From Narcine bancroftii (lineage: Eukaryota), in assembly GCF_036971445.1 (NCBI RefSeq), contig NC_091477.1, forward strand, positions 96,968,001 to 97,032,000: a DNA stretch of 64,000 nucleotides, in the 5' to 3' direction. Below, piece by piece: positions 25,944-62,937 of the stretch. Each line of letters starts with the position of its first letter. Position 1 is the first letter of the stretch. The notes under the pieces are model-generated. The model had not been told where the DNA came from. It saw only the letters and a list, made by a program, of their open reading frames with translations, and ran no database searches. The position numbers were made by a program, and so were the translations under genes.

Positions 25944-26522
25944 TATTTGTTTTTTTTTTAAATAAAGAACCTGATCAGCTGCAGCAGGTAAGAATTTTTA
26001 TCATATATTGTGCAATGTTTATGACAATCCAACAGATGGCAAAGATGAATCTAGAGATTGAACTGATTATGCTTGTTCCTATGCGACTTAAGCTGGTTAG
26101 GTTGAAGTCTTGTTTTCTGAAATGTTCCTGCAGTGGCCTGCAACAAATGTCTTCCAGCAGCTACCTTCAGGTCAGTACTAGATCTGAAAACTAGATTTGC
26201 TGCTGCAATCAGAGACTGAATGTTCAAACTCTTAACATTTTCCACCAGGATAGCCGAAGGGCTTTCCACTTTATCCTTGAATTGAGGGCAAACCAGGCCC
26301 CTTTCACACAACCGCCTTCTCTGGCTGCCAACTCTTGTTCTTGCAATTCTCCTTTGATTTTATTTAATTCCTCTAATTATGAGAATGTTTTAATTTCATC
26401 CTTATTCATTCTTTCAAATAGATTTATTTATCAGTGCTGCAAAATAGAACATTTTGTAAATTTTACTTCCAATAACCATGCACTTTTATCTCATCCTTTC
26501 CTTTAATTCCCTATCTCCTCAA

Positions 26523-26998
26523 TGTGATATAGAGAATTTAGGTTAAAAAGACTTAAGTTAAAATGTGATGATTAATCATAAACAGGGAAGCCAGAATGGA
26601 CAGAGAGTTTACTAGCAGACAAGGACAGAAGGAGCTGCTGAATATGTTTTTTTAAACCTATCTTTTCATGGTCATAGTGAGAGACATGCAGGAGACAAAG
26701 GATTGATAAGAAGTGTGAGAAACAGAATTCAGTGAATGTAGAGTTCACAGCGTACGTAACGAACGTGATAATTAATAATGCAGTTATACTTAGAATGTTT
26801 TTGTAATACTAACCAATTAAAACAGTATTAATAAGAAGGGGAAGGGCAAATAATAAAGGTATAAAAATCAATGCACTGTATGTATCGGGGCTTAACTGGT
26901 GAGAAACCAGTTGAGTCCAACTCTGCAGACTTGTAAATAAAGCTTGTCGTGTCATCAGTTTTAAAGAGACTCATGTGTGAGAAGTTTTATTTCTGACA
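26523..26998 (+). mobile_element. Solo LTR (476 bp) with 5-bp TSD CTCAA
   Basis: TGTGA...TGACA termini; CTCAA at 26518-26522 and 26999-27003; TATA box (GTATAAAA ~26859) followed by AATAAA (26936-26941). Confidence 0.88.
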
Positions 26999-27829
26999 CT
27001 CAATCTCCCTTAATATTACCTCCACTTCTTGCAGCACCTTGAAACGCTACAGGACATGGAACTTGCTTCTTCCCACTTTCTGGTACCAAACAATTCTTCA
27101 AGATAAAATAATGCTTTGCTTGCAGTTGTTTCACGTTAAGATCAGTGCTCACAGTGGAAGTACCTTGTCTACAATAGGAAGACCAATACAGATTGAGTAA
27201 AGACTTTGTGAATTACATCACATTCAGATACCTTTTACTTAAATTTTCTGCTCAAATCCCATGATGGTCTCTCTGTCCCAAGGCTTCATCTCTGTTTCAA
27301 TAAAACTTGAAGTACCCTTTGGTAACAACATCCCACTTTTTCTTTAGGTATTTCATAGCATTCTAGTGACAATATAGCAACCCTAAAAGTGATAACCCAA
27401 CACTTGTACTTTCCACAAATTTTGAGACGACTTAGCAAGTCATTAAAAAATAACTTATCAAACTTCTGCAGTACTGACTGCAGCTTGGTCTGATTTAGAA
27501 ATTTGAACCCCCAGGAATGCAGAAGGCTACAGAAAGCAGCCAGTGCACCAAACTCCCATCTATTGAAGACCTCAACATGAGGCACTGAGTCAAGAAGGCA
27601 ACCCGCAACATGAGCATAATCATGCACTCTTTTATTGCTACCATAAGGTGGAAGGTAAAGCACTTCTAGGTTCATGAAAAGTTTTTCTCAGTAGATTGAA
27701 CATCTTTAACCTCTCCCTACCACCTTAAATATAATGCTACCACAGGACCACCAAAGATCTGTCTGCATTACTGACAAACTTTTGTTTGCACTATCAGCAA
27801 AAGTTAATATATGTTCTCTTCCATGTAAC

Positions 27830-29750
27830 AGCCATTCTAGTTTGTGCTGAACTAGGAATCTGTCTAAACCCACTGACCTGCACCTGGACCATCTCCCTCT
27901 ATAACCATCCCATCCATATACTGTACCTGTCCAAATTTTTCTTAATTATAAAAATTGAGTCTGCATTTACTGATTCAGGGGCAGGTCATTCCACATTCCT
28001 ACCACTCTTTGTGTGAAGGAGTTCCCCCAATGTTCCTTTTAAACTTTTCCCCTTTTACCTTTAACCCATGTCCTCTTTTTTAAAAAAATCTCTCCTAATC
28101 TCAGTAAAAAAAAAGCCTGCTTGCATTTACCCTAATCATAATTTTGTAAATCTTTTATCAAATCTCCCTCATTCTTCTACACTCCAGAGAATGAAGTCCA
28201 AACATGTAACTCGATTTCTTCAAGTCCCGTCAATATCCTTTTAAATCTCCTTTGCACTCTACCAATCTTATTGCTTTCCTTCCTGTAATTAGATGACCAA
28301 AAATACACACAATACTCCAAATTTGACCTCACCAATGTCTTACACAACTTCATCATAACATCCCAACTCCTATTTCAATATTTTGATTTATGAAGACTGA
28401 AGTGTCAAAAGCTACCATATATTTCGGCATTTAAGTCAAGTTGTGAAACCCAAAAAAACTCTCCAAAAAAATGTGCGTCGATATACGCCAGATATATTAT
28501 ACGCCAGATATAATTTTGAGACCTTAAATTCAGCTCAAAATCCAATCCACGCTGATCCAGCAAACAAGTTGACCGTTGAAAAACCAATTCGGCTTGTAAG
28601 TCGACCCTTGAAAAAAACCAAAAAAAAAACCTGACTGCAATAAAATTTTCATTGCAATTTTTATTGAAAACAACAACACATTTAGAACTCTTCAAAATCA
28701 CTCTCGCCATCATCGTCTGAAGCAAAGTTTGCAGCAAGCACATCCATTCTCTCACTGTTTAAACGGTCATCGTATGGGTCCCTGTCTGTATCTAATGAGG
28801 CATTTTCAACTTCGTCATCAGTGTCCCATAATAAATCATCTTCCGTGCCATCAACTGCACAAAAGATACTGCACTTTTTAAAGTGCATGAAGTTACACAG
28901 CATATCAAGTGATGCAGCATGCATTTCCCTACCTTTTGTAAACAATTTTTCTGTACTCAACATCTATGTATTCCATTTCTCGTGCACATGGTCTTTGAAT
29001 GACCTCTTCAAGCAGACATCAAGAGGTTGCAATATAGACGTCAAACCATCTGGGATAACTGCCATGTATCTATTATGTAGTGCTAATCTACTTTTAGTGT
29101 TCTCAGTTAAGTGGCTATGAAACATATCCCAGTCCAGCAAACTCGGTTCTTTGCATAAACCATCTGGCCTCCTGTCCACATATTGTCTATTCATAGTTTT
29201 ACACCATTTTCATCCATCCATCCGAACAAAAATACCTACAGCGAATTTCATTTTCAGTTTAATTTTGCGTCTAATTCAATTTACAACCTCACCATGAATA
29301 ACAAGAAACGGAACCTTCTTGACTAATTTCTCATGGGACCTTGTCAAAGGCCTTACTAAGGTCCATGTTGACAACATCTACTAACCTTTCCTTCATCAAC
29401 TTTCCTGGTAACCTCCTTGAAAAACTCTACAAGATTAGTTAAACATGATCTACCATGCACTAATATATTCAAAATACTTGTATATCTGATTTCTTAGATC
29501 ACTTTACAATAACCATTGATGTCAGACTCAATGGTTTTGGAGCCTTTTTTAAACAACGGAACAACAGGAGCTATCCTCCAATCTGCTGGCTCCTCACCAA
29601 TGGCTAAGGACAAATTAAATACATCTGCCAGGGCCCATGCTCATACACGAGCTCCCTCAAAGTTTGAGGGAATACCTAGTCAGGTCCAGATGATTTATTC
29701 ACTTTCATATGCCTTAAGACAACAAGTATCTCCTTTTCTTTAATCTGTAT
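27830..29750 (-). mobile_element. CR1 LINE remnant split by a pogo element
   Basis: CR1 3' region at ~27830-28412 and RT region at ~29310-29750 (AFDKVPH-type motifs). Confidence 0.75.
28415..29275 (-). mobile_element. pogo/Tigger (POGK-like DDE) DNA transposon remnant
   Basis: SLLDWDMFHSHLT..AVIPDGLTSILQPLDVCLKRSFKD..W, then FKKCSI..AVDGTEDDLLW and an acidic tail; TA|CCATATATTTCGGC terminus. Confidence 0.85.
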
Positions 29751-30379
29751 TGGTTCATTTTATGTTTATTATTTTTCTTTTCTTTTTGTGGAATCTTATG
29801 TGTTAAATATATTTGAATTGTTGCTAGTGTGTTTTACTGGGAAGCTGTAGCAAGTGAGACTTTAATTGCATCCATTCCTTGTAATTATATATGTTTGAGA
29901 ATAACTCTTCATTTAATATTTAAGTTCAACAATTTTAGATCGTCACAATTGCCAGTTATTAGTCATAGATATCAATACAAATTCTATTTATTTGACTTAT
30001 GCCTTCTCAACCTTTTTGCAGAACAACACCATCCATATATAACAATGACAATGACAATCATGGAAAAGTTTTCAACAGGTTACTCAGCATCTATGGGACA
30101 CAAACAACAATGGTATACATTAGAGCAGTGAAGATCAAAGCTCGTGCTGAAACACAAAACTCAAAGGAAAATTGCTGGATAAGGCCATAAATCCATTCTG
30201 GAGAAAGAATAAAAGATCTGTGCCTCTGGAGAAAGAATATTAATATGAATATTAATCTGAATATTTGTACTTATTTTGGTTGACACGATTCACAGTGCGA
30301 AAAATTTAAAAAATTTTAAAAAAGAGAACAGGTCATAAACACATTTTGTAATATTATCTCCTTCCCTAATTTCCAGTTC

Positions 30380-31070
30380 TCTATTGGAATTTAACTTGTG
30401 TGAAGCTAACCAAAGCAAGACATGTAGGGTCCTGGAATGCATTGTCCAACACAAAAGACTTCGAAGTACATCTACATAGCTGCATGGAAGTGGCGACTCA
30501 GGTCAAAGGAGGCGAATTAGGCATTTGGCTTACTTGCCTTCATTGGTCAGAGTACTAAGTACAGGAGCAGGGATGTCATGCCACAACTGTGCATGAAGTT
30601 AGTGAGACCACACTTGGAGCATGAGCAATTCTAGTCACCCAGCTAAAGGAAGAAGAGAATTACCTTGGAAAGAGTACAGAAAAGATTCACAAGAATGTAA
30701 CAGGGACTATCTAGCGGGTTTGAACGTTATAAGCTGGAATAGGCTGGGACTTTTCTCCCTGGTGTAGAGAAGGCTGAAGGCTTACCTATGGAGGCTTATG
30801 AAATAATGAGGATGTAGATAGTCAGGATTGCTTTTCCCCTAAAACTATGAGAGGAAAGATTTAAAAAGAAACTAAGGGGCTCTTTCTTCACACAGAGTAC
30901 GGTGGTTAAATAGACCAACCTGCCTGAGGAATATACAATTGCCATGAATAACCAATACAATATTTGGCTCATTTGGTTCAGCAGGAGATGCTAAATGGGA
31001 ATTAGATTGGTCGGCATGGACAGGTTGAGCCGAAGGGTCTGTTTCTTTGCTGTAAAACGATGATATTTGT
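30380..31070 (+). mobile_element. CR1 3' fragment directly upstream of the ACTL6A promoter
   Basis: LVRPHLE, LERVQKRFTRM remnants and a CR1-type 3' UTR (GGTTGAGCCGAAGGGTCTGTTTC). Confidence 0.8.
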
Positions 31071-31423
31071 CTGTTCATGCTCAGCACGTACTTTTTCTCG
31101 ATTCCCCCCCACAACCAAGAAAAACTTTCGAAAAGTTCGCAGCCCAAGAAAAAGATCCACTTTGAAAGTGCCTCGTTCGAATGCAGACGCTGCAATCCTG
31201 GCCACGTCATTGGCTGGTGGTTCGTGACGCTCCTATCAGGGCGGCAGTGAAGGTCTATTGGTCAGATCCCGGTCATTTATGCATTGGACCGCCCCTCGGC
31301 GCTTCGGATTGGTTCGGTCGGACCATTCACGGCTCTTTGTTGCCGGCAGCGGCGTGGAGAAGTTGAGTGTTGCAGGAGGCTTCGCGAGCCGTTTCCCTCG
31401 GGCTTTTGCGGGGCGAAGCAGTG

Positions 31424-56343
<24,920 letters not shown>

Positions 56344-56649
56344 AAAAAAAAAATTAAAGCAATTAGAAGGGCAAACATTACCTATGCCTGGTTTTGTTCC
56401 CCCAAGTAGGATTCTCAGGAACAGTGTTAAATCTGTACAAATTTTTTCAGTTTTTTTAATATAGTGGCTAGATATTAATGTATATTTAAGGTTTTTTAAG
56501 ACTGATTTATAGAACAACCAGGTTCCCAAAATCAAAGATGCAAAATTTTAAAGTTTCAATTCATTTTTGATGTAAATCATACTTTGTTCAAAACAATTAA
56601 CACCAAATATTTCACTGATATTTTTGTAATACAATCAGATCTTGTGCCT

Positions 56650-56655
56650 TTTATT
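56650..56655 (-). terminator. Candidate MRPL47 polyadenylation signal AATAAA
   Basis: TTTATT on the + strand, ~175 nt downstream of the MRPL47 stop codon. Confidence 0.55.
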
Positions 56656-56792
56656 GAATCAGTTGTTTACATTATCATCACTTGGGAAAAAAAATGGAAC
56701 CATAATCCTTAATATCTAACTTTTTGGCAACCATCCTGTATGACTTCATAACAAAGTTTAATGTATAATTTGTACTGCAATTTATAACAGAC

Positions 56793-56798
56793 AATAAA
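56793..56798 (+). terminator. Candidate ACTL6A polyadenylation signal AATAAA
   Basis: First canonical AATAAA seen after the ACTL6A stop codon (an ATTAAA variant lies at 56353-56358). Confidence 0.55.
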
Positions 56799-56829
56799 CT
56801 CTCCTTATTTACACCTTGTGAACTTAATT

Positions 56830-56923
56830 TTATGTTGCAGTAACTTGAGAGATTTTGTCGGGTAGCGCTGTTTTTTTCTTCTCTGCACGATTCTTTTTGC
56901 GTAGGTACTTCTCAATCCGATGC
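56830..56923 (-). CDS. MRPL47: MRPL47 exon 7 coding part ([30 protein letters not shown])
   Basis: acceptor tttccattag; phase matches exon 6; TAA at 56832-56830. Confidence 0.85.
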
Positions 56924-59900
56924 CTAATGGAAATTTAAAAAAAAAGATTGTTTTGTAATTTTGTTTTTCAGCCCGAGTATAGTATACTTGTTTACTGGCC
57001 ATGTAGAAATATCAGTTAACTATTTGCATGTGGCCTATCATCTCCCTGGCCTTGGGCAATTTTCAGCAGAAATCATTGATCCTGGAATGTATGTGTGTAT
57101 AGAGATACTGTATAAAAATCTTTTAAAAAAAAACACAATTTTTTTGTCCTAAATTTCAAGAAATCCTTTTTAACCTTTAATTTTTCACTTCAATTTTGCA
57201 AAACTTAAGCTTAAGAATCTACTCAGTTTACTTAAACTAAATATTACGAACCAACTTTAGATAAATCATGTTGCAGCCACATAGCTGTAAGTCTGTAACC
57301 ACATTTATCATCAAATATTTAAATGAACTGAATAGGTGAGTTAATTATAAATTACACCAAATTATTTTGTTTCCATCTTTTAGCAACATTTCACATTAAG
57401 TCCTATGTTTATACAAGGAAGGCCAGCATCCATTGTCACTCATAGTATATTTATATCACTTGTGTAGCTGTCTTAGAATATTCTACATGGATAATACCAT
57501 ACAGCTCAATTTACCTAACAAAAATGTCCACAAATGGTGGGGTGTAGAATCGTTTCTTTCTGTACACTTTGTTTAGGTACCAAGGGATAGGCCATTCTTT
57601 AAATTTATACCTAGGCAGAAGAACATGAAATTAGTTGGGGGAGGGGTAAAATCACAACCAGAAGAATCCTACCACTTCTATGTTGGAGTTGTAATTGAAG
57701 AAGCTTAAAACTCCAATAGAACGAAATTCCAACATCAAATATAAACAGACGCAAGAACCACATAGAAAATACATCAGGCAGCATTAGGAGACGGGGAAAT
57801 AGTTTTAGGTCCAGTACTCTTGATCAGAATTGAGAAGTGTACATGTAAGTAATGCCTCCAACACTTTAATTTTCAGCATCTGCATTTTTTAAATACAAAA
57901 TTCATGCCAGATTGGATTCCTTTTCCAGTACTAATATTTTCAGTGTCCGATAACTGAAAACACTGTTTTGTCCATAGTTCTAGACAGGAACTGATTCTTT
58001 AATTTCAAATTAAGCCTCAATCTTTTTGTGGAAGTTCCAATGCCAATTTTTCATTGGAAGAAACGAGCAAGGTTTGAGTTATAGGCAGCGTATCAATTCC
58101 AAGCTGTGGCATTTTAAGTTCATAATGGTTTAAGGTGACATCCAGGTTTCCTTGAAAAATGAGGTGGTCATCATTTTGGGCCTTTAGGCTGTGTTCTGAA
58201 TGCTAAGCAACTTTAAAGAATGAGAAAGCTGCAGTTAATTAAGTCCCATGTTGCATGAGATGAGGTCATTAAGGACATCAGTCACAAGGAATTGAGTGAA
58301 AATATTTGGTAGAATTTTGATTTTTAAATCTTCAAGGTCTAAATGATCTGAAGTTCCAATTTACATCTTTTAATACAGAACATAGAACAGTGCAGCACAT
58401 GTACTTGACCTTCATTGCGTGTGTTTGTGCCAAATGATGTCCAAATCAAACTAAAACTGCTGCGTGCACCTAATAGATAACTCTCCATCCCTTGATTTAA
58501 AAAGGCAGGGAACTACAGACCAGTAATGCTATTATTGGGAAGATGCTAGTCTTGTAGTGATGTACTGGCACAAAAGGAAAATTATTTCTCAGGGAAAAGA
58601 CATTCGAATCAGTGGGAACAAAATGTGAAAGACAAATTGGAGACCAAACTGCAACATGTTTACAAATTTTACAAAATACAACTTTGATGTGTGAAGAAAA
58701 TATTTCTGACCAATAGGTTTGCCCAAAGATGTTTCTTCTCCAAGCACCAGGGTAACATTTCTCCTGCCCAGTCTGCAACAACCTCAGTGCATTTTCACGT
58801 TCCTGAACAACTGCATCAATTCTATTCATAGACCGTTCTATCTAAAATATAAATAGATAACCAAATCATTATGCATGGAAATCCAAATTTCAATGCAAAA
58901 TATTTGTAGTTAAGGTACTTTTAGCAAATTATTGTATCATTGATCCTTAGAAATCAACAATGCATAAGTCTACAACTAAAATAAACATAATTTTAAAAAA
59001 AAATCACACCAGAAGAACCTTGGTATTCATCCCTTACTTTCTTTAAACGCTCTGGACTTGGCATTTGCAATCGTTGTCTCTTTGCTTCTTGTTCTATTGT
59101 CAAAAGCATGTTCTTTTCTTTAAGAAGGACATACCTGGATCAACGATATGGTCAGAATTATGAATTACCAAAAGAATCTAAAAAAAAATTTACTCAAATG
59201 CCCTATGACATAATATAAAAATTACACAGTAAGATTTTTCAAAAGATTAGCTATTACAGCATGCAACTAAGGTACAACAAAAGTATACCAGAGTTTATGT
59301 AAATCCTCATTGCTTTTTATTCTTAGCTGTTTTGCTGTCCAGGGTGCACCTAAAAAGCAAATTCAAAAGCTCCATTTAGATAGAGTTCTTAAATAGAAAT
59401 GCTTAGAAACTATACTGAGAATCTTAGTTTATTAGGGTTGAAAAGAATGCAAGTGATTAACCATTCGTTTTGGGTTGTAATATCCGAGAGGGTTTAGGCT
59501 TGATTAAAAAAAGTGGTTTCCTGCATCTTACCAGAGCACAGCAACTGTAAACTAGGGCCCATTGGGAAAAGTAATTCATTCATTCAAGTGTGCATTTCAC
59601 CTTTAGCCTGCTGCATTTGCCCATTGTCAATTAAGCAGCTCCTCTTAGGTTCCATGGTGCATTGCTTCTTCAGTGTAGATGTGAATGGGAGCTATTGTGG
59701 GGAAAACCTGCTATTTCCATTAAACAATGACAAAAAAAAACTTGGAGCACGTCATACTGATTTAGAAAAGAGAAGGCAAGATCTGCACTGCAGCTTGCAG
59801 CATTTCACAAAGGACTCACCAGATTTAACAGTCGGCTCTCCCCAGTTGTTTGGATCATCAAAGAATTCATCTAGTCCTTTACGGGAATCAGTAGTATGCA

Positions 59901-62900
59901 AAATTCTGCACTGTTGAGACAATCCAGTCCATTTTTCTGATCTCAGTCTACTTTTCTGAAGTTCTAGAGAGTTTATCCTTTAATAAACAAGAAATTCTTT
60001 CATTTAAACAAAGTAATGACTTTATTTGCAACAAAGCTTAATGAATGGTCACTTTTGGAAATCCTTTATTTTGCACCATTTATAATCTCATTATAAACAT
60101 AGTACAGGAAAATAAATTATGTCCATTATCATAGCACTTAAGACATTTGATCCTGGATTATATACTTTAAAATGTTGTTATATTAAGTTTTCCAGTATTT
60201 AAATTGCCACAATGCTTTGAGTGCCATCTTCATCTTCCATTTTGTACTGTCAGAAATGGTAGCCCTAAACAAGCATTTGAATTCTCCTAAGTCTCTTGCC
60301 TAATATTCATAGTTGATATCCTACTGCCATCTATTAAGCCAGTGAGTGGCAGCAATCTGTTATGCATAAATTACAATGTACTTTTTAGGATCAATTCTAA
60401 CAAAGAGGAATTTGTCGTCTTACAGCTTGGAATCAAATGCCATAAATGTTATTTATTGGTGGGAATCAGGAATTTACCATAAATACTAGTGTTTGTTATT
60501 TTTGGGGTTAATTTTAATTAACTTTAATTATGTTATTTTTTATTCTTTTCCGAGCAATTCCCTGAAATTGGTGGTAATGGATTTTAAGTCCTAAATGTAT
60601 TATATGATCTTTTGTGCTAGTATCTTGGACATGTTTAGAAATATTATCCACCTATGAAATTACTCACACATTCGAATTTATCACTTCTGGATATTTCCAT
60701 TAAATGAACTCTTTCTGGTTTTCAGGAAGCTTCAGAAAAACTGGTTCTTCAGGCACAAGGTCACCACGTTCCATTTATAAATGTGAAGTGTGCATATTTA
60801 TTTACTGATGAAATAGTTAACATAATTTTTCAATCCAATTACTCAGTGGTGGTAGATTAAAAGTGATTAATAATCCATATTTTGTGATAAACTGAAGTAT
60901 TGAAGTTGAAAGATTTATCAGGAACTTTTAAAAATGTGTTTAATAAAAACTGCTTAATATATATTACATATTTGCTGAAATCAATACAACCATTGGAGCT
61001 GACAGCGGCACATTTGAGACTTGTCGAAGCAGCAAAACCAATTAAATAAAACTGATTTATAGGTGGCAGTTATATGGAAGTTGATCATCCCTTTCCTTGG
61101 ACATCACTGCAGGAGGTCCACAAGGCATTATCCCAAGTTACGCTAAACGCCACGGTTGGTGTGGTGGTTAGCACAACACTATTACAGCACCAGGATTGGG
61201 GTTCGAATCCCATACTATCTGTAAGGGGTTTGTATACTCTCCCCATGCCTGCTTGGGTTTTTCCCAGGGCTCGTTTTCTTTTACTGTTCAAAAACATATC
61301 GGGGGGTGTAGGTCAATTGGGTATAATTGGGCAGCATGGACTCATGGGCCAAAATGACCTATTACCGTGCTGTACGTCTAAACACCTTAAGTTACTTCAA
61401 TGCCCTTCTTTCCTTCCATAAGATTATAACTAAGGATGTTTACTGATTTTATAATACTCTACACCATTTGGAACTCCTTAACAAATTAACAAGTCCATGG
61501 CAATTCTTCATCCCACTTCCATCGATTTGTGGCCTGCACTGTTATAACAAGGGCCAATGCAAGCTTGAGGAGCAGCACCTCAAGATCCACTTGGGCTCAT
61601 TTCAAGTTTCCAGATTCAACTAAATTCTCCATCTTCTAATAACTCATTGTCTCAGTCACATTTGTTGTAGATGATCTGGTTGTGATATTGACTGTTTTAT
61701 TTTCCTTTCCATCAGCACACTATAGCCTGCTAGCTGCAAATATTACACTTGGCCATCCTCCTGCTAACAAACCATTTCCATGGCCAACCTATCAAGTATT
61801 GTCCTTATCCTAATCATTTTCAATCCTTCTTTGCAACTTAAAACTCCTACCCTTCTTTCTTTCTGACAAAGAGCCTTCAACCTGATACATTAACTTTTTC
61901 TATTCACAGTCTGTCTGACAAATGCAGCATTTTTTGAGTTCCAACAAAAAACATGCCAGAACTTCAGATATAAAAGAGCAGTTGGTTGAAATCTGAAATA
62001 AACAAGAATGTTGGGAAGGCGCAGCAGATCAGGTCATGGCAGTGGTAAAAATAATGCCATCGGAACCAGTCAGGGGTTTGAAAAGCAAAAACAATTGCAA
62101 ATATCAGAGATCTGAAAAAGTAAATGCAGGAAATAGCAGAAACAAGCTAACGACTCAGGCCATGACTTATTGGAACACTTGCCAATATCACCTCTTCACA
62201 CACCTACTTCCCAGAAACCAAACTTGAATAGATTCCACTCGATCCCACTGATCACATGATGGACGTGCAAACTGTGAAACAGCTGGACTCCAGTTCCCAT
62301 CCCTGCGGCACCCCACTAGCCAAGCCTTGTCACCCAAAATTAGCCTGGTCTTTCCTATTTCACTTGATGTGCACCCACTTTCTTGAAATATTGACTCATC
62401 TCACTTTCTTCAAGTCCAGGAAACCCAACCAGTCACCCTCCACGACCAGCCTCCTCCGCCTTGTTCTCACTCTTAATAGTGTCTCCTTTGACTCATCCCA
62501 TTTTCTTCAAATATGTCCTCCTCCCCTCTTCACCACTTTATTCGGGTGCCAGCCGACGTTTTCCCATACCTTATGAAGGGAAACGTTGGTTATGTATCTT
62601 TACTACATAAAGTACACTGATCAGCTGAGTTTCTCCAGCATCGGCCAGTACTATAAGTTCAAATTGTTCCTTCGTTCCCTATAACTACAACAGGCACCTC
62701 ACTTCACTGGTTTGAGAACTGTCTGTGGAAATTGATGCACACGCCAGTGGCCCAACAGGAACTCCACTGGGACAGCGTTCCTCCGAAACAAGCTGCAATC
62801 CAGATCGCCCTCGGCCCCTCCTCGGCGCTCGGGTGACCAGTTACTCACAGTGCCGGGCGAGTGGCGACCGCCGTGCCGCCGCCGCCAGGGCTCGTCTGCA

Positions 62901-62937
62901 CCAACCGCCGGCACCAAGCCGCCACCCTCGCCGCCAT
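56830..62937 (-). CDS. MRPL47: Mitochondrial ribosomal protein L47 (uL29m), 7 coding exons, 241 aa
   Basis: complement(join(56830..56923,57515..57610,58711..58841,59038..59134,59289..59349,59820..59977,62849..62937)) = 726 nt, phases consistent. Contains [80 protein letters not shown], diagnostic of MRPL47. Confidence 0.96.
57515..57610 (-). CDS. MRPL47: MRPL47 exon 6 ([31 protein letters not shown])
   Basis: acceptor ctgcctag; donor GTAAAT. Confidence 0.95.
58711..58841 (-). CDS. MRPL47: MRPL47 exon 5 ([44 protein letters not shown])
   Basis: acceptor attttag; donor GTCAGA. Confidence 0.95.
59038..59134 (-). CDS. MRPL47: MRPL47 exon 4 ([32 protein letters not shown])
   Basis: acceptor gatccag; donor GTAAGG. 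Confidence 0.96.
59289..59349 (-). CDS. MRPL47: MRPL47 exon 3 ([20 protein letters not shown])
   Basis: acceptor ctttttag; donor GTATAC. Confidence 0.95.
59820..59977 (-). CDS. MRPL47: MRPL47 exon 2
   Basis: acceptor ttattaaag; encodes ...[27 protein letters not shown]; donor GTGAGT. Confidence 0.92.
61150..61385 (+). mobile_element. V-SINE-like element
   Basis: GTGGTGGTTAGC A-box, GGTTCGAATCCC B-box, GGGTTTGTATACTCTCCCC..GGGTTTTTCCC V-domain. Confidence 0.8.
61420..62645. mobile_element. Penelope-like remnants in MRPL47 intron 1
   Basis: [13 protein letters not shown] motif (~61557-61600) and PLE-type tail sequence GCTGAGTTTCTCCAGCA (~62624). Confidence 0.55.
62849..62937 (-). CDS. MRPL47: MRPL47 exon 1 ([29 protein letters not shown]; mitochondrial targeting peptide)
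   Basis: aagATGG start context; donor GTGAGT; phase 2 fits exon 2. Confidence 0.88.

Noticed and set aside
1-31100. GNB4 or other host exons expected upstream by synteny
   Set aside because: No G-beta/WD40-like coding exon recognised on either strand; a non-coding exon cannot be excluded.
59280-59288. MRPL47 intron 3 donor GTATACTTT resembling a U12 5' splice site
   Set aside because: Lacks the critical +5 C of GTATCC, and the 3' end has a U2-like CTGAC branch rather than TCCTTAAC; treated as U2.
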